Origin: Octopus vulgaris
Lineage: Eukaryota
Assembly: GCA_951406725.2 (NCBI GenBank)
Contig: OX597814.1
Location: forward strand, 51,274,001 to 51,338,000
Direction: 5' to 3'
Length of the DNA: 64,000 nucleotides
Of the stretch, positions 1-13,677 are shown piece by piece (the first letter of the stretch is position 1; each line of letters begins with the position of its first letter). The position numbers were made by a program, and so were the translations under genes. The notes below the pieces were generated by a model. That model was not told the DNA's origin. It searched no databases and worked only from the letters and a program-made list of their open reading frames with translations.

Positions 1-104
1 TTACCTCTCTTTCACCATCCCTCAACTGTGTCCTGAAGAATGGTTTTGGGCAGTGAGTTGTGGCAGGATATGTGCTAGTACCATTCAAGCTTCCATCTTT
101 TTAC

Positions 105-150
105 CTGTGCAAGGAGTGGTTCCAGTTTGCTAATGTATTTATGTGTTCAG
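105..150 (-). CDS. LRRK2: Probable LRRK2-like coding exon ((T)EHINTLANWNHSLH)
   Basis: ttatttgtAG acceptor and GTAAAA donor on the minus strand; phase-1 start matches the exon at 506-642. Short, so less certain. Confidence 0.45.
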
Positions 151-505
151 CTACAAATAATATCTTAGTTTTCGGCAGCAGTAGCTCTGGTTTTCCCCTG
201 ACTTTCACTTTTGGCTCCAAGACCTTTCTCAGCCACACCCTAGTAATTACTTCTGCTGGCAAGCTAAACTAAATGATGGATTGGGTGCTTCAAGAAAAGA
301 TGGGCATCAGACATTTCTAAAACCCACTAAAATGCTGTAGTTAAGACTTATATATCAGAATATTCCATAAATATTCCTTATTTTTAAAGGTGTATGTATG
401 TATATTTTTATGCATGTCTATGTATATGTATGCATGGTGTAGTTATGTAGCAATGTTTTTACAAGTTTATCTGATATGAGACAATAACAATGAAGTTAAA
501 CCTAC

Positions 506-642
506 TGCATTCTAAAAGATTTGCCAGTACACACATTGCTTCCATCAAAATTGCAGGATTGTCGATGAATGATGTAAACAGGTTTTCAAATAATTCTTTA
601 ATACATGTATCTTGGGTAATCTGCAACCTTTCATTATAAGGT
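506..642 (-). CDS. LRRK2: LRRK2-like ARM-region exon (PYNERLQITQDTCIKELFENLFTSFIDNPAILMEAMCVLANLLEC)
   Basis: ttttatttcAG acceptor, GTAGGT donor, open frame, phase 2 in and phase 1 out; amphipathic ARM-like helices. Confidence 0.75.
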
Positions 643-785
643 CTGAAATAAAACAGAGAGAATGAAAAAGAAAGGCATCAGAGGGGCAATGCATACTCTG
701 CACGCAGATAAACTTTTTCACAAATTACAGTGTGACTTATAAGGCATTGCTTATCTATGCTTTTTGACTGAATGGAATTTTTTTT

Positions 786-1420
786 CATTATAGATATTTA
801 TACTCCAGTGAAATTAAGAAATCAACTCATAAATAAATTAAACCCTTGAATCCATCAGTGCACACACGTGCACGCGCACACGCACAAACACATACACACA
901 CACACACACACTGAGTCGCATATCTATGTATGTATGTATGTATGTATGTGTCTATGTGAATAGATACACCATGATGGGGGTCAATTCATATGAAAAAAGA
1001 AAGTGAACAAAATAATATGACCACTTGCTTATCAGGAAATTTGTAAGTTCGATTAAAATTTTAATTTTTTAAAGTATCATACTTATTTATACTCCAGTGA
1101 AATTAAGAAATCAAGTCATAAATTAAGTTTCACCATTATAGGTATTTATACTCTGGTGAAATTAAGAAATCAAGTTGCAAATAAGCAAAACCCTCAAATC
1201 CATCACTACACACACACACATGCATGCACACACACACACACACACACTGTTACATATCTATGTCAGTATTTATGTATCTATGTATGTATGTATGCACACA
1301 TGTCTATGCACATAGGTACACCATGATCTATACACATGCAGATGAGGGTTGATTCATATGAAAAAGAAAGTGAACAAAATAATACGACCACTTGCTTAAT
1401 GGGAAATTTGTAAGTTCGAT
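786..1420. repeat. Local tandem duplication (~350-bp unit x2 plus a partial copy) containing CA/TATG microsatellites
   Basis: tttatactccagtgaaattaagaaatcaa recurs near 797, 1086 and 1145; gaaagtgaacaaaataata...ggaaatttgtaagttcgat recurs near 1000 and 1366. Confidence 0.85.
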
Positions 1421-2103
1421 TTTAAAAAATTGTTTTTTTCTTAAAAGATAATCAAACCAAATGTTCAGCATTTTGAGCCACTCACCCAATGAGTATTTCT
1501 GCCAAATGTAGTGAAAATCTATTCAGCTATTTTCCAGTAATTTTGCAAACAGACTAAGATGAGTGCTTACAATACCCTGCTTTCGCTTACACACGCAGGG
1601 TAATGCAAAGTCATTTCCCATTTATATACACAACAAAGTTGGCTGGTTTTCTCTTTTGCTGTTATGTCAGATAATAAAGGACTATACCATGTGGTGAAAT
1701 GTGCAAGATCTGCCAAACCTATACCAGCATTGATGAGTGGATGTAGGATGACAGCTACCAGCATTTCTTATCAGACTCTCCCCCCTCTCTCTCTCTCTCT
1801 TCTAGTTACATATCATTCTCTCTTATTCAAACTCCCCATCCTCTGCCCATCTCTTGTTCCACACTCTCCAATATTTTCACTCTCACACTTCAGCCTCTCT
1901 CTTCTACCCTCTATGTCTCATTTCTCTCCCAACAACTGCTTATAGCATTCTTATAGCATTCTATAACTGACTTTAACAATGTAGTTTGTGACTGAGAGCC
2001 TTCACAAGGAAGCTGTAGACACCACAAGCTGCAGTGAAGGCAGTCTGTTTAGAAGAGCCATAATTCTGATTAAAAGAGGCCATCAACACTTGAGAAGCTG
2101 TCA

Positions 2104-2240
2104 AGTGATGGTGGCCTCTTTAGTGATGATGGCACTCTAGTGATAGTGGCCTCTCTCATGATGATGACAGCCTCTAAAGTGATGGTGGCCTCTTTAGTGA
2201 TGATGACACTCTAGTGATTGTGGCCTCTCTTGTGATGATG
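2104..2240. repeat. Minisatellite of degenerate gtgatg(g/a)tggcctct units
   Basis: Repeated ~17-19-bp subunits forming two ~74-bp higher-order copies. Confidence 0.75.
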
Positions 2241-3523
2241 TTATAATAAAACACTAAAAATAACTGATTTAATAGAAATACTAATCACAGAGAAAACAGT
2301 GATCCTAAGTAAATGCCCAAAGTTTGATATAGCTGTAGGTTTCCAGAACATAAAATCATTACACCCATATCTACAATGCACTGCTATGAATACATAAACT
2401 TAGACTCTAACCATATGAAGGAGAATTCTGCAAACCACTTGCAGTGAAGGAATTCTTTAAGAACAAAGTAAAAAAATAATGCCAAGGCCTGTTAAGAACA
2501 ATGAAGTTTAACCACTCACCAACCTGAGAGCCAGAGAGACATCCATCTTTAACCCACTAAGGAACAAGAATTGTATATACTTGCCATCAGACAGAGCTGG
2601 TGGAGGTTGAAGAATTATGTGTGCATGATAAAATACCTTCAAGAAGGCAGCCCTGTCCTACCTATTACAGAATGGTATACACACCTAATGTCATAGTACC
2701 ACTGTGAACGGAATGGGAAACCATTGCAACAGTCTTACAGAAGAGCATATCCAGAAGTATGCAACTCAGGATGTACAAATACAAAAGTTTTCTACTATAC
2801 AATTGCTCTGTACCATGATTCTATTAACTAATAAAAACCCACAAAGATAGCATTGATATAAGATCATCTAAGGTATACTAAATCATTGCCAGCACCAAGC
2901 CTTCAACAAAGCTCAGTACAAAGTTATTTACGAACTAAGGTTATCTTATTTATATTTAACTATCTATATATTTATCTGTCTATCTAGATACGTGTTAATA
3001 TACTATTTAACAATCTCTATCAACGTCACCTTCTTTCCTTGTATTTATCAATCTAATTTGACAATATGGATGAACATTTAAACCTATTGAAAAACTTAAC
3101 AACTGCACACCCAGCAACAAGGTACAGTTCAAGGCAATTTGCTAAGGTTATTAGTTATTTCACTTGAATTTAACTTTCTATCTATCTATAGATATATCTT
3201 TCTATCTTTCTACCATTTTATCTGTTGATATATCTTTCTATCCAGCTGTCTTCTCTGATAACATGATTAAGCATTACGATGGATAACAACAATTAACTCT
3301 TACTGTTACACTTGTCTGTCACACTTTTTGACAATATAACATTTAAAAGCATTTACCTGCACGTGCTATATTCACAGTAAAGGAAATAAGAATCAAGTGA
3401 CCTTTTAGTTGAAAAGCTGCTATTTTATTTCTCTAATTATTACTCGTAATTGTCATTAAGTATCAAGCTAAACATTTTGCCAACCATCTAAAGACAAAAG
3501 ATATATGTATATTTTTAACATAC

Positions 3524-3653
3524 CTGAACAAACAAAGTGCTCGCAGAGCTCTGCAGCTTGAGAGCACCACAGCAGCATTGCTTTGGTGACTCTGCATTAT
3601 CCCTAAGATTTGCTGATAGGTGTTCTTTAGCATAAAAAGATCTGAAACGTGAT
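3524..3653 (-). CDS. LRRK2: LRRK2-like ARM exon ((D)HVSDLFMLKNTYQQILGIMQSHQSNAAVVLSSCRALRALCLF)
   Basis: tttattttcattaccAG acceptor, GTATGT donor, phase 1 to 2. Resembles my recollection of human LRRK2 'KGIHLNVLELMQKHIHSPEVAESGCKML'. Confidence 0.8.
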
Positions 3654-5117
3654 CTGGTAATGAAAATAAATGAATTACTGTATAAGAGAGTTGTTAAATA
3701 TTGATACATGCATTTTTCATTTGAAAACTTTTATGGATTTTAACAATTTATCGTAATTTTGATTGCTTTTTTTTAAGGACATTTTTAGTTTGAAATTTAA
3801 TGTTATAAAATATACTGTGTAAATTGATTTGTGAATGAGTGGAGACAAAATAGGGTTGAAAGGATACTTTAGTCTTGTTGAGGGTATGACACTCTTTCTA
3901 ATGTAGGTGCCATGATAGAATACACCCAGTATACTCTATAAAATGGTTTGTGACAGGAAGGGCATCCAAACATAGAAGCCAAGCCAAAAATGAAACAGAC
4001 AAGCAAAATGTATTTCTCTGACCTGACCAGGAGGACAGAAACTATGAATAAGGACAGAGCTAGATAGTAACAATACATCCAACCCATTTCAGCATAGAAA
4101 GCAGACACAAAATGATATTTTAATGTGTAAAAATCAGAAGAAAAGAATCCTGGAATTGTATTTAAACTCAATAAATATAAATAAGAAAATAATTTTTACT
4201 ATTTCAATCAATTTGATTTTGAGGTTTTTCTTATTGAATTTTGGAATTTTATTTTTAATTTCAGTATTTTAAATGCCTTCATTTTGATTTTTGCTTCCAA
4301 ATTTTTGCTTATACTATTTTTAGATATATCAATTTAAAACTTTAAAAAAATTACAAAAACAAAATAGAAAAATACATACCAAAAAATACCTTTGAAATAA
4401 AAATGTAATATGATTAGCTAGCTGCAATATTTGGCACATTTGGTTAATCTAGATGTGTTATGGCCTCTCATGTTTAATGTTGCACTATTTTAATGTTAAA
4501 TCATGTATGGACACGTATTACTCTTCATGCCAAAACTAAGTGCCAATAAGACCATTGGCTTCATCATAATCATCATCGCTTAACATTCACCTTCCATGTT
4601 GGCATAGATTGTGCAATAACTAAAATTGATCCCCTCTTTACCAAAAGGGTCCTGTTTCTGTTTAAACTTGTTAATGTAGCCATAATTGAACTGTATGCTC
4701 TATAGAACAGGAGATAAGCTACAGGTGAACTGAGACTGTGATATAGTTTTTGATTCCAGATTGAAGCCATTTTGACTCACATTATGATTGGAAAAGTCAT
4801 TAACCTCACAATATTTCAAATTCTGACTCCTCTAAAGAAACTGCTATATTTATGGTTATCATTTGGAATAAAATTTGATTTTCCATGATGATAAATGATT
4901 TCTCCAAATGTTCTTCCAGTGGATGTTACATAATTACTTCAAATGTCCAAGTGGATATTCATACAAAATGTCTTTAAATGTCTATCAAAGTGAACATATA
5001 ACAAAATTTCCATGATTATACCACTTATCTGCATATATAATTATACAGACACACACATTTCTACAAAAATATACATATATGTATAATATTTCTCAGTCAA
5101 AATAAATAGAGTCTTAC

Positions 5118-5224
5118 CATTTCCAGCTGCTAACCAATAAATAGCTTCACAAGCTGTGACATAAATGTTGCTGTCTTCATTTTGTTGCAGGATTGTTCCC
5201 AGACATAATGTATGAATTGGATAC
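5118..5224 (-). CDS. LRRK2: LRRK2-like ARM exon (YPIHTLCLGTILQQNEDSNIYVTACEAIYWLAAGN)
   Basis: ctttacAG acceptor, GTAAGA donor, phase 2 to 1. Resembles recalled human LRRK2 'FPAHREVMLSMLMHSSSKEVFQASANALSTL'. Confidence 0.82.
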
Positions 5225-6301
5225 CTGTAAAGATCAAACCTAGAATTAACAAACTATACTTATTTAAAGATTATTCACTAATGATTTTATTTAAATTTCG
5301 CATTTCCACACATATATATATTCCAGTTAGAGTTTGGTTGAAAATCATAACAATGTAGAATAAAAGAAAAAATGAATTTATTCCAAGAAAAATTTGACAC
5401 AAATGAAAGCCTTCTTAATTTTAAGTGTTGGAATTATTTGATAATAGTAAAGAATTGAAATTTGAAAAATAGTACTGAAATGTCTCCAGCCAATGGTGTA
5501 ATGAGATAAATACTGTGTTAAAAGCAGCCCACTGAGCTAAGTTTCTGACTTTAATTCAACATTTATGAATTAAAGCCAGAAACTTAGCTCAGTGAGATGT
5601 TTTAAAGTGTCCTATTTCCCTTTCTAGAAATCAAATATCATCAGATATTTTAATTGGTACATTGCTGTATGCTGTAACTCTGTTTTGCAGTTCCTAACAG
5701 TGCTCTGGTTTAATTTCAAAACTTTTAGTACCTTCTCCAATCCTCCTAAATCATTAGGGCCTCTACATAATAACAATAAGCATGCACACACAACATATTG
5801 ATCAGAATACTACTGCATACAACACAGTAGTCTTTGAAACTTCTTTACAATTGTATTAAATTTTAAATTGTCTGACCTAGAAAAATATACTACAAATTTA
5901 AAACATTCTCCAAAATAGATGTTAAAGCTTGAGCTGGGTTGCCAACAATCTCTCAAATCCCAAGGATTCAAGTCAATACTATACACAATCAACACCTAAA
6001 CCTCCTGACAACAAAACGACATAACCACGACATTTATCTCCTTAAACTGTTGTCTAAAAACAGTGCAGTATTAATTTTCAAGTTTCATTTTTTTGTAAAC
6101 TTTCTATAAAAATCATTAAAATTCAAAATTAAAAAGAGTTTTATTTGAATAAATTTGTTTTTTGACAACTAACTGAACAATGTATTCTGTCAACTGACCA
6201 TCTTACTTTAATCATAAATGATAATGAATAATTTTATGCAATGTATAAATTGAAAAGAAAAATAATTGTACCAATAAGAAACTTTCAAAATATCAACTTA
6301 C

Positions 6302-6387
6302 TGATTCTTTGTGGAATCTTCCCCAATGGTATTAATAAACTCTGGGTAATTCTTCAATATTTCAACAACAGTTTTATAACCTGTGAT
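6302..6387 (-). CDS. LRRK2: LRRK2-like exon (ITGYKTVVEILKNYPEFINTIGEDSTKN)
   Basis: ttttaaaacAG acceptor, GTAAGT donor, phase 0 to 2. Confidence 0.78.
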
Positions 6388-6614
6388 CTGTTTTAAAATT
6401 TAAAAAAAAAATGATCTTCTCAATAAAAACGATATAAAAATGATGTGTTGTTATAGGTTCAACTTATTAATGAGTAATCTTTATCAAGAGCAAATATTTA
6501 AGCATTATATCACTGAATAAAAAAAATGATCTTGAATTCAGTTTTCATATATCTCATTCTTTTCCATGAAGTTAAAAAGATTCACCCGTCTGGGCAAAAG
6601 TGGTTCTGGAAATA

Positions 6615-6853
6615 TACTCTTTTTACTCTTTTATTCTTTTACTTGTTTCAGTCATTTGACTGCAGCCATGCTGGAGCACCGCCTTTAGTTGAGCAAATCG
6701 GCCCCAGCACTTATTCTTTGTAAGCCTAGTACTTATTCTATCGGTCTCTTTTGCCGAATTGCTAAGTTATGGGGTTGTAAACACACCAGCATCGGTTGTC
6801 AAGCGATGGTGGAGGGACAAACACAGACACACAAACATATATCACACACATAC

Positions 6854-6907
<54 letters not shown>

Positions 6908-7020
6908 ATATTTCAGAATGGTCATTTTGCCAGTTTAGCCAATAAAAAATCTTTCACAACAAATATATATATATACATATATATATGACAGACTTCCTTC
7001 AGTTTCCGTCTACCAAGCCT
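6615..7020 (-). mobile_element. tRNA-derived octopus-type SINE, 5'-truncated, with internal (TA)n
   Basis: cttttacttgtttcagtcatttgactgcagccatgctggagcacc matches further copies at 11535, 19898, 20655, 38258 and 57057. Confidence 0.8.
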
Positions 7021-7269
7021 TTAGTAGTACTCAAATAATTAAATGAGTTACAAAGCATTATGTTAAAAAAACATTAGTAAAGTGCCAAATAATATCTTTA
7101 GTTAGCAGTGTTTAGTCACGTCTTTTATGTTCCCAGTTCAAATCTGGCTGGGTTCAACTTTGTCTCTCACCCTTCTCACGTTCATAAAATATGATATATG
7201 TGGCCATATAAGAAGCAGTGTTTTTCTAGAAAAATATACAAAAAAACTTAATCTGCAAAACCACTTTAA

Positions 7270-7477
7270 TCCTTTAGCATTCAGATGTAATGCTTATTTA
7301 TTCACATTGTTTTGAATTAATCATTCATTATCTTGCAGCTTCAAGAATTTGATGATGTAATTGTTTATTCTTAGAATGACATTGAAAAGGAGGTATGAGA
7401 GACTAGATCTGGCCAGTTTGAATATAAATCAAACAGAATAATTGAGGCTGGATATGGCCAGATTAAATGCTAAAGGA
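7270..7477. mobile_element. piggyBac-like MITE
   Basis: TTAA at both flanks (7266-7269, 7478-7481); terminal inverted repeat tcctttagcatt/aatgctaaagga. Related copies near 14703-14908 and 46371-46594. Confidence 0.7.
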
Positions 7478-8187
7478 TTAAAGCTACTTTCACTAGATGC
7501 ATTTGAAATATGCTAAGATTATTTATTTTTCAACAGAAATATCCTTGAAAATAGAAGTGTGTCTCAAGCAGATGCATGCTTGATGTGAAGTCATGTCTTG
7601 TGCAGAGTCATGTTTTATGCAAGATTTGCATCACATGTCAGCAAATACAGTAAATTTCAAATTTAGCTCTCTTTTTTTTCCCCAGTTATCATTTGCAAAT
7701 GATTTCCTTCTTCTTCATTTTACCTTCACTCTCGTTTTAGATGTTTAAAGCTTCCTGTAGGTATACTGCTTCCTATAGGTCCAACCAATGACATCTGTAG
7801 TCACTGAACCATAGTGAATGTTACTGCTATTGGTCTGCAAATACTTATTAGCCATGAAGCCACATTATTTAAAGCAAGCCTCTATATTTCGAAACTGCTC
7901 CACTATCCACTGGAGTTGTGCTGCTATAAGGTGTGGACACACCTTATAGCAGTACATCACCAGAGTGAGGATAAAGATAAGTAATTTCTTTAACCAATTA
8001 TACTCATACCTAAAATATGTAGCCTTGTCCCATAATTAGAAATCATAGTTAGTATAATTTATAATTAGTATATTTGTCATTATTGTTTTTATTAGCATTA
8101 ATGAAATACTATAGAAAATTTTCTGAATAACTGGAGTTCAGAAAAGGGAAAGAAAACTGAATTATGAAATTAACAAACTGCTCTCAC

Positions 8188-8276
8188 CTGAACTTTTGAT
8201 GATACCATATGTTTGAAAAGTGAATTATAAATAGGGAAAATCCATTTTTCAATTTGGTCAACACAATGAAAGCTCA
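8188..8276 (-). CDS. LRRK2: LRRK2-like ARM exon ((V)SFHCVDQIEKWIFPIYNSLFKHMVSSKVQ)
   Basis: ttttctttgttAG acceptor, GTGAGA donor, phase 1 to 0. Resembles recalled human LRRK2 'WLEACYKALTWHRKNKHVQ'. Confidence 0.8.
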
Positions 8277-9159
8277 CTAACAAAGAAAATGAAATACTTT
8301 ATAATATATTAGTTAAAAATGAATATTCATACATGAAGATACGAGGCCTCCCACTTTTGTAAGTGAAGGCACTATTGGAAAATGGTTTTGAGAGTAGAAT
8401 ATGTAGGGAAACTCAGTCTGACAGAACATTCTTTTTCAAGCTATATCACTATAAGAACTGAAACTACCTCTTCTATCCAAAGAAACATAGTTCAATTTTA
8501 AAGTGATCTCGCTGGCTAACAACATTATACTTTAACTACATCTGAAACTTTTCATAACTAGTATGAATCAGCTACTGAAAATTAATTCATCCTAAGCATT
8601 CAACTAGCTCAGCCTACCTCACTGAATACAAAATAATAAACTGGACACTGAATGAGATGTGGCCTGTTATACAGTAGCATTTTATACAATAAAATTATTA
8701 AAAAATTATAAAAGACCATGTGACATGATCCAGGTTCAGATAATATTAAGACTAAATAAATAAAGTGAAATGAATAGAATGAAATAACAAACGTTTATAT
8801 TTTCAATTTGTAATATCCATCAACATTAGAGGAACAGACAATTGGAATTATGTCTGCTTGACAGTCATACCTTTAGAGACATAGTGCCAACTAAAAGTGA
8901 GATTTGAAACAGGATTGTAAATTAGTCAGTGTAATCGTATCTCTTTTTCATATGCTTGCTATTTCATTAAAAATTAAGACTTGCCTGATTACCCTCATGG
9001 TCAATTACCTATTCATGGTCAGATTTTTATTTTTACTAGAGTTAACTAAGTCCACTTATAGATAATTTTCACAAATCATTAAACAAAGGAATACAAAATA
9101 AGTAACTGAATATTAATTAAAAGAATGTGGAAGTTATTAAAATAAGATTTCTGTCTTAC

Positions 9160-9279
9160 CTGCTATTTTAAGCAACTTCAACCCTTCAATAGTAATACAA
9201 ATGTTTTCAGAATAATCTCTTATGATTTTAGAAAGGTCTCTGGCTATAAAACCAGTGTCAGCCAAGTAGCAAAAAACAG
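9160..9279 (-). CDS. LRRK2: LRRK2-like ARM exon (VFCYLADTGFIARDLSKIIRDYSENICITIEGLKLLKIA)
   Basis: atatttcAG acceptor, GTAAGA donor, 120 bp, phase 1 to 1; lies within ORF 9137..9388. Confidence 0.78.
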
Positions 9280-10754
9280 CTGAAATATATGAAAGTAAAA
9301 AGTTATTGGGCAGATTGTAAAATATATAACACCAACAGTAACAATGCAATAAAACCACCAATAAAATCTTTTGTATTATAACAGCCAAATTTCTGTATTA
9401 CGGTATCTAAATCTGCATGTTAAAATAACCAAACTTCTGCATTATAACAGCTAAATCTCTTTCAACAAAATTCTTTCTTTCTGAAGAATGAGGACTGTGT
9501 ATTAAAGTCTAAGTTCTTATGACAACATGCCTTATAAGAAAGATTTTATTTCTAAAGCTCCTGTAGAAATATCCCAGCTGACCTACAGTATTCCTGATGG
9601 GTGAACTAAGGCACTATTTTTCAAGTTGGTAAAATCCAGCCCACCTACTTGTCAAAAATATTAGTGAAAATTTTTTGCCCCTCCCTCCCTCTTTAACAGT
9701 GAAAAGACAAAAGAAGGTCTACATTCATATATTTTTTCTTTCTTTACCCTAGTGTTAAGCTTAAAAAGTTTGACACTGTGGATAAACTCAAAAAGTTTAA
9801 AACACTCTCGGTAATTTGCCTCTTTTTTAACACTCAAAGCCACAACAAAAAACACTGAACTAAAACATGCAGAGCAAAGTGGTTTACCTAAGCACACAAC
9901 AAAACACTGGCAAATGATTTGAACTCAAAATTTATGAACTCCTGTAAATAATGGCTCCAGCCAGTAATATTGATTTTTTTCACAAGATAGAAGGAATGAC
10001 CATAGAAAATTTAGTCAAATGGTTTCTTTTCAGATACCTCTGTGCTATAAAACTGAGACACTTCAATGAAAGTGAAAAATTAAGCTAGTAGGAAACTGTA
10101 GCAGTCAAAACTGTATCCCAATTTCATACAATCATAATTTCTAGTATGTTACTGGTGAAATAATGTAAAGTTGTGTATCATAAAGGAAGGTGACTTCTAA
10201 CATGTCAAGCAGATCATCTCTTTTGAGCACAAGAACTAATAACCTCTCCTTGTGGCATATAAATTGGCTCAATTTTTAATTAGATTTTACAAATACAAAC
10301 TAAACACTATCTTCAGAGTCCAGAGTTTTCATAATGTTTGATTTACTCCATAGCACTTGTCATTGGTCTATCCAAGCATAATGAAAATAATGATAACCTC
10401 TAACAGTGCTGTCATCCCTACCATCAGCAGTGCTACTGATCCAAATACTACATGGAATTATCATGTGAAATACTTTTTCTGAAGTCAAAATTAGGTTATG
10501 TTAAAATATACTTTTACAAAAATTGTCATTTTGCAATAATCTATTCTAATAGATAGGAAAATGTACAGTTAATCTTAACAGATATAAGGCCTTAATGTTT
10601 AAGGAAAACAGAGATTTATTAAGTTGTGAAGTTTATGCCATTTCCAACATAAATTAAATAAAACATCTTCGGTCAGGAATCAAAACCAAACCCTTTCACT
10701 GGTGGCTTTTGATACACATTAGAAACTATAGCAAGAGAAATGTTTTAGCCTTAC

Positions 10755-10883
10755 TTTTATTCTCCAAGTTGACCAGCATTTTCATGATCATCTCCAACAG
10801 AGATTCATTTTTCAAATACTTGCAGAGAATAGTACACAGATGCTCATGAATATTATTTTCAATCAAGGTGTGACACAAATACT
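10755..10883 (-). CDS. LRRK2: LRRK2-like ARM exon (YLCHTLIENNIHEHLCTILCKYLKNESLLEMIMKMLVNLENK)
   Basis: aatttacAG acceptor, GTAAGG donor, 129 bp, phase 1 to 1, about one ARM repeat long. Confidence 0.8.
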
Positions 10884-10944
10884 CTGTAAATTAAATATCA
10901 ATATAAAGTAATGGCACATTTACAAATTCACTGCATGCATGCAT

Positions 10945-10985
<41 letters not shown>

Positions 10986-11534
10986 TAATAAAGGAGCCAA
11001 TGGTAAGAATTTGGACAATTATGTTAAAAGGTGGAGTACCCTGAGTAATAAATAAAAAATTTATTATAGCACTAATCAGTACACCATTCTTCCAATATTT
11101 TAATCATTGTTTCAATGTTCACTTTTGCACACTTGTATGGATCAAATAGAATTCATTGAGACATTTTTCTATGGTTTGATGCCCTTCCTGTCACCCACCC
11201 TTACTGTTTCCAAGCAAGTTGACATGATCTCAACAGGAGACTGGAAATGAACAATATTGCTGGCATGACAGAGTGTTCATCACGTGCTGTCAAGACAAGG
11301 GTGTAAACACACACACACACAAATATGTTTCCCAGCAAGGTCATATTTTTCCACAGCCAGATGTTTTCACGGAAATTAGCTTACATACAGTTTCCACCAT
11401 TTACTCACTGGACTTGTGTGTAAAACTGAGGTTTTGGTGAAAGACAATCATCAAAGGTGATATGATCTGTCACATGATTTGGTATGAAATACTCCACATT
11501 TTGCCAGATAGCAGATTTAATCAAGTGAATATTC

Positions 11535-11760
11535 TCTTATTCTTTTACTTGTTTCAGTCATTTGACTGTGGCCATGTTGTAGCATTGCCTTAAAGGGTTT
11601 TAGTCGAAGAAATCACCCCCAGGACTTATTCTTTATAAGCCTAGTACTTATTCTATTGGTATCTTTTACAGAGCTGCTAAGTTACAGGGACATAAACACA
11701 CCAGCATTGGCTGTCAAGCAATGGCAAGGTGGGGGGAGACAAGTACGGACATAGATAACT
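11535..11760 (-). mobile_element. SINE 3' half (same family as 6615-7020)
   Basis: Shared sequence cttttacttgtttcagtcatttgactg...aaacacaccagcat. Confidence 0.75.
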
Positions 11761-11762
11761 GC

Positions 11763-11798
<36 letters not shown>

Positions 11799-11799
<1 letters not shown>

Positions 11800-12114
11800 G
11801 AGGTGCAATGGCCCAGTGGTTAGGGCAGCGAACTCGCGGTCATAGGATCACGGTTTCAATTCCCAGACTGGGCGTTGTGAGTGTTTATTGAGCGGAAACA
11901 CCTAAAAGCTCCACGATGCTCCGGCAGGGGGTGGTGATCCCTGCTGTACTCTTTCACCACTCTTTCTCCCACTCTTTCTTCTGTTGGCCTGCTTGCTTAG
12001 CCAGTGGGGTGGCGTCATTCGAAGGGGTGGCGTCATTTGAAGGGGTGGCATTCGCATTGTGACCAGCGATGTGTAATGACATCTGATGGTCTGATCGGTC
12101 ACGTGATCACGTGA
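11799..12114 (+). mobile_element. tRNA-derived SINE (second family)
   Basis: Pol III A-box-like TGGCCCAGTGG and B-box-like GGTTTCAATTCC; a related inverted copy lies at 34707-35094. Confidence 0.75.
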
Positions 12115-12135
12115 TATATATATGTATATATATAT

Positions 12136-12363
12136 CATCATCATCATCATCATCATTTAACGTCCGCTTTCCATGCTAGCATGGGTTGGACGGTTCAACT
12201 GGGGTCTGGGGAGCCCGAAAGCTGCACCAGTCCAGTCAGATCTGGCAGTGTTTCTACAGCTGGATGCCCTTCCTAACGCCAACCACTCCGAGAGTGTAGT
12301 GGGTGATTTTATGTGCCACCGACACAGGTGCCAGACGAGGCTGGCAAACGGCCACGCTCGGAT

Positions 12364-12366
<3 letters not shown>
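12136..12366 (-). mobile_element. RTE LINE 3' end with (ATG)n tail
   Basis: (cat)n-ttaacgtccgctttccatgctagcatggg; the same sequence forms the 3' end of the RT-coding RTE copy at 39624-40512. Confidence 0.8.
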
Positions 12367-12436
<70 letters not shown>

Positions 12437-12879
12437 ATGAATGTATGTATATATATGTGTGTGTGTATATATATATATATGTTTATATATTTGTTTTGCA
12501 AGATTCTTGATGTGAAATCATTGAAACATATATTGTTGTATTTAGGGATGGTCATGTAGCCAGTTTAGCCAATAAAAACACACGCACTATATATTTGGTG
12601 TTAATTTGCTTCAGCTTTATTTATTTTTTACATTATCTTAATCTTATTTCGGCCAGAGTTCTTTTGTCACACTTCTGTGACTTCATGAGTGGTCCTTTGC
12701 TTTCTTCCTTCTTATTTGTGTGTCTCTCCTTACTAACGATCAGCCATTTTGTATATTATATTCCTATTGTATGTGTCTTTATTTGCGCATGTGTATACCC
12801 TATGTGTGTCTATGTTTAGTAAATGTGTGTGTGTGGGGGGGAGTGCCTGTATTATCTGTATCCCCTGTTTATACAACAC

Positions 12880-13082
12880 TGATATCAAGAAATCCTCTTG
12901 CGAGCATGACCTAGGCATCACTGTCAGCAGTGATTTGCGTTGGACAAAGCATATCTCTAAAATTGTCAAGAAGGCCGAGGGTGTCTTGGCATCACTCAGC
13001 AAGACTTTTGTTAGCCGCTCTCCAGCCATCTATTTAAAGCTGTATACAGCTATGGTACGACCACACTTGGAATTTGCATCAA
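12880..13082 (+). mobile_element. CR1/L2-clade LINE ORF2 fragment (C-terminal to RT core)
   Basis: Translation EHDLGITVSSDLRWTKHISKIVKKAEGVL...LKLYTAMVRPHLEFAS contains the CR1-type DLGI and VRPHLE motifs. Confidence 0.85.
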
Positions 13083-13200
13083 CATATAATTTGTTTTTAT
13101 TTATTTTGTTCATGTGTTTATACCTACTTATTAAAGTAGGTATATACACATGAATATTATAAACAGAAACTGAGAGAAGTCCATTGTATATATATATATA

Positions 13201-13677
13201 TCATCATCATCATCATCATCATCATTTAACGTCCGCTTTCCATGCTAGCATGGGTTGGATGGTTCAACTGGGGTCTGAGGAGCCTGAAGGCTGCACCAGG
13301 CCAGTCAGATCTGGCAGTGTTTCTACAGCTGGATGCCCTTCCTAACGCCAACCACTCCGAGAGTGTAGTGGGTGATTTTATGTGCCACCGACACAGTGCC
13401 AGACGAGGCTGGCAGACGGCCACGCTCGGATGGTGTTTTTATGTGCCACCGACACAGGTGCCAGATGAGGCTGGCGAACGGCCACGATCGGATGGTGTTT
13501 GTTACGTGCCCACAGCACGGAGGCCAGTCGATGCGGCACTGGCTACGGCCACGTTCGGATGGTTTTCTTGTATGCCACCGGCACTGGTACCACAAAGATA
13601 CAAATTCCATTGATGTTCATCTATTTTGATTTTGATTTTGATTTTGATTTTCACTTGCCTCAAAAGGTCTTCACAAG
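13201..13677 (-). mobile_element. RTE LINE 3' UTR with internal ~58-bp tandem repeats
   Basis: Near-identical reverse complement of 41670-42160. Confidence 0.85.

Noticed and set aside
2290-2820. Decayed LINE-like coding remnant (IYLPSDRAGGG-like motif)
   Set aside because: Too degraded to assign a family or boundaries with confidence.
11799-11875. tRNA gene
   Set aside because: A/B boxes are present, but the sequence continues into a SINE body that recurs at 34707-35094.
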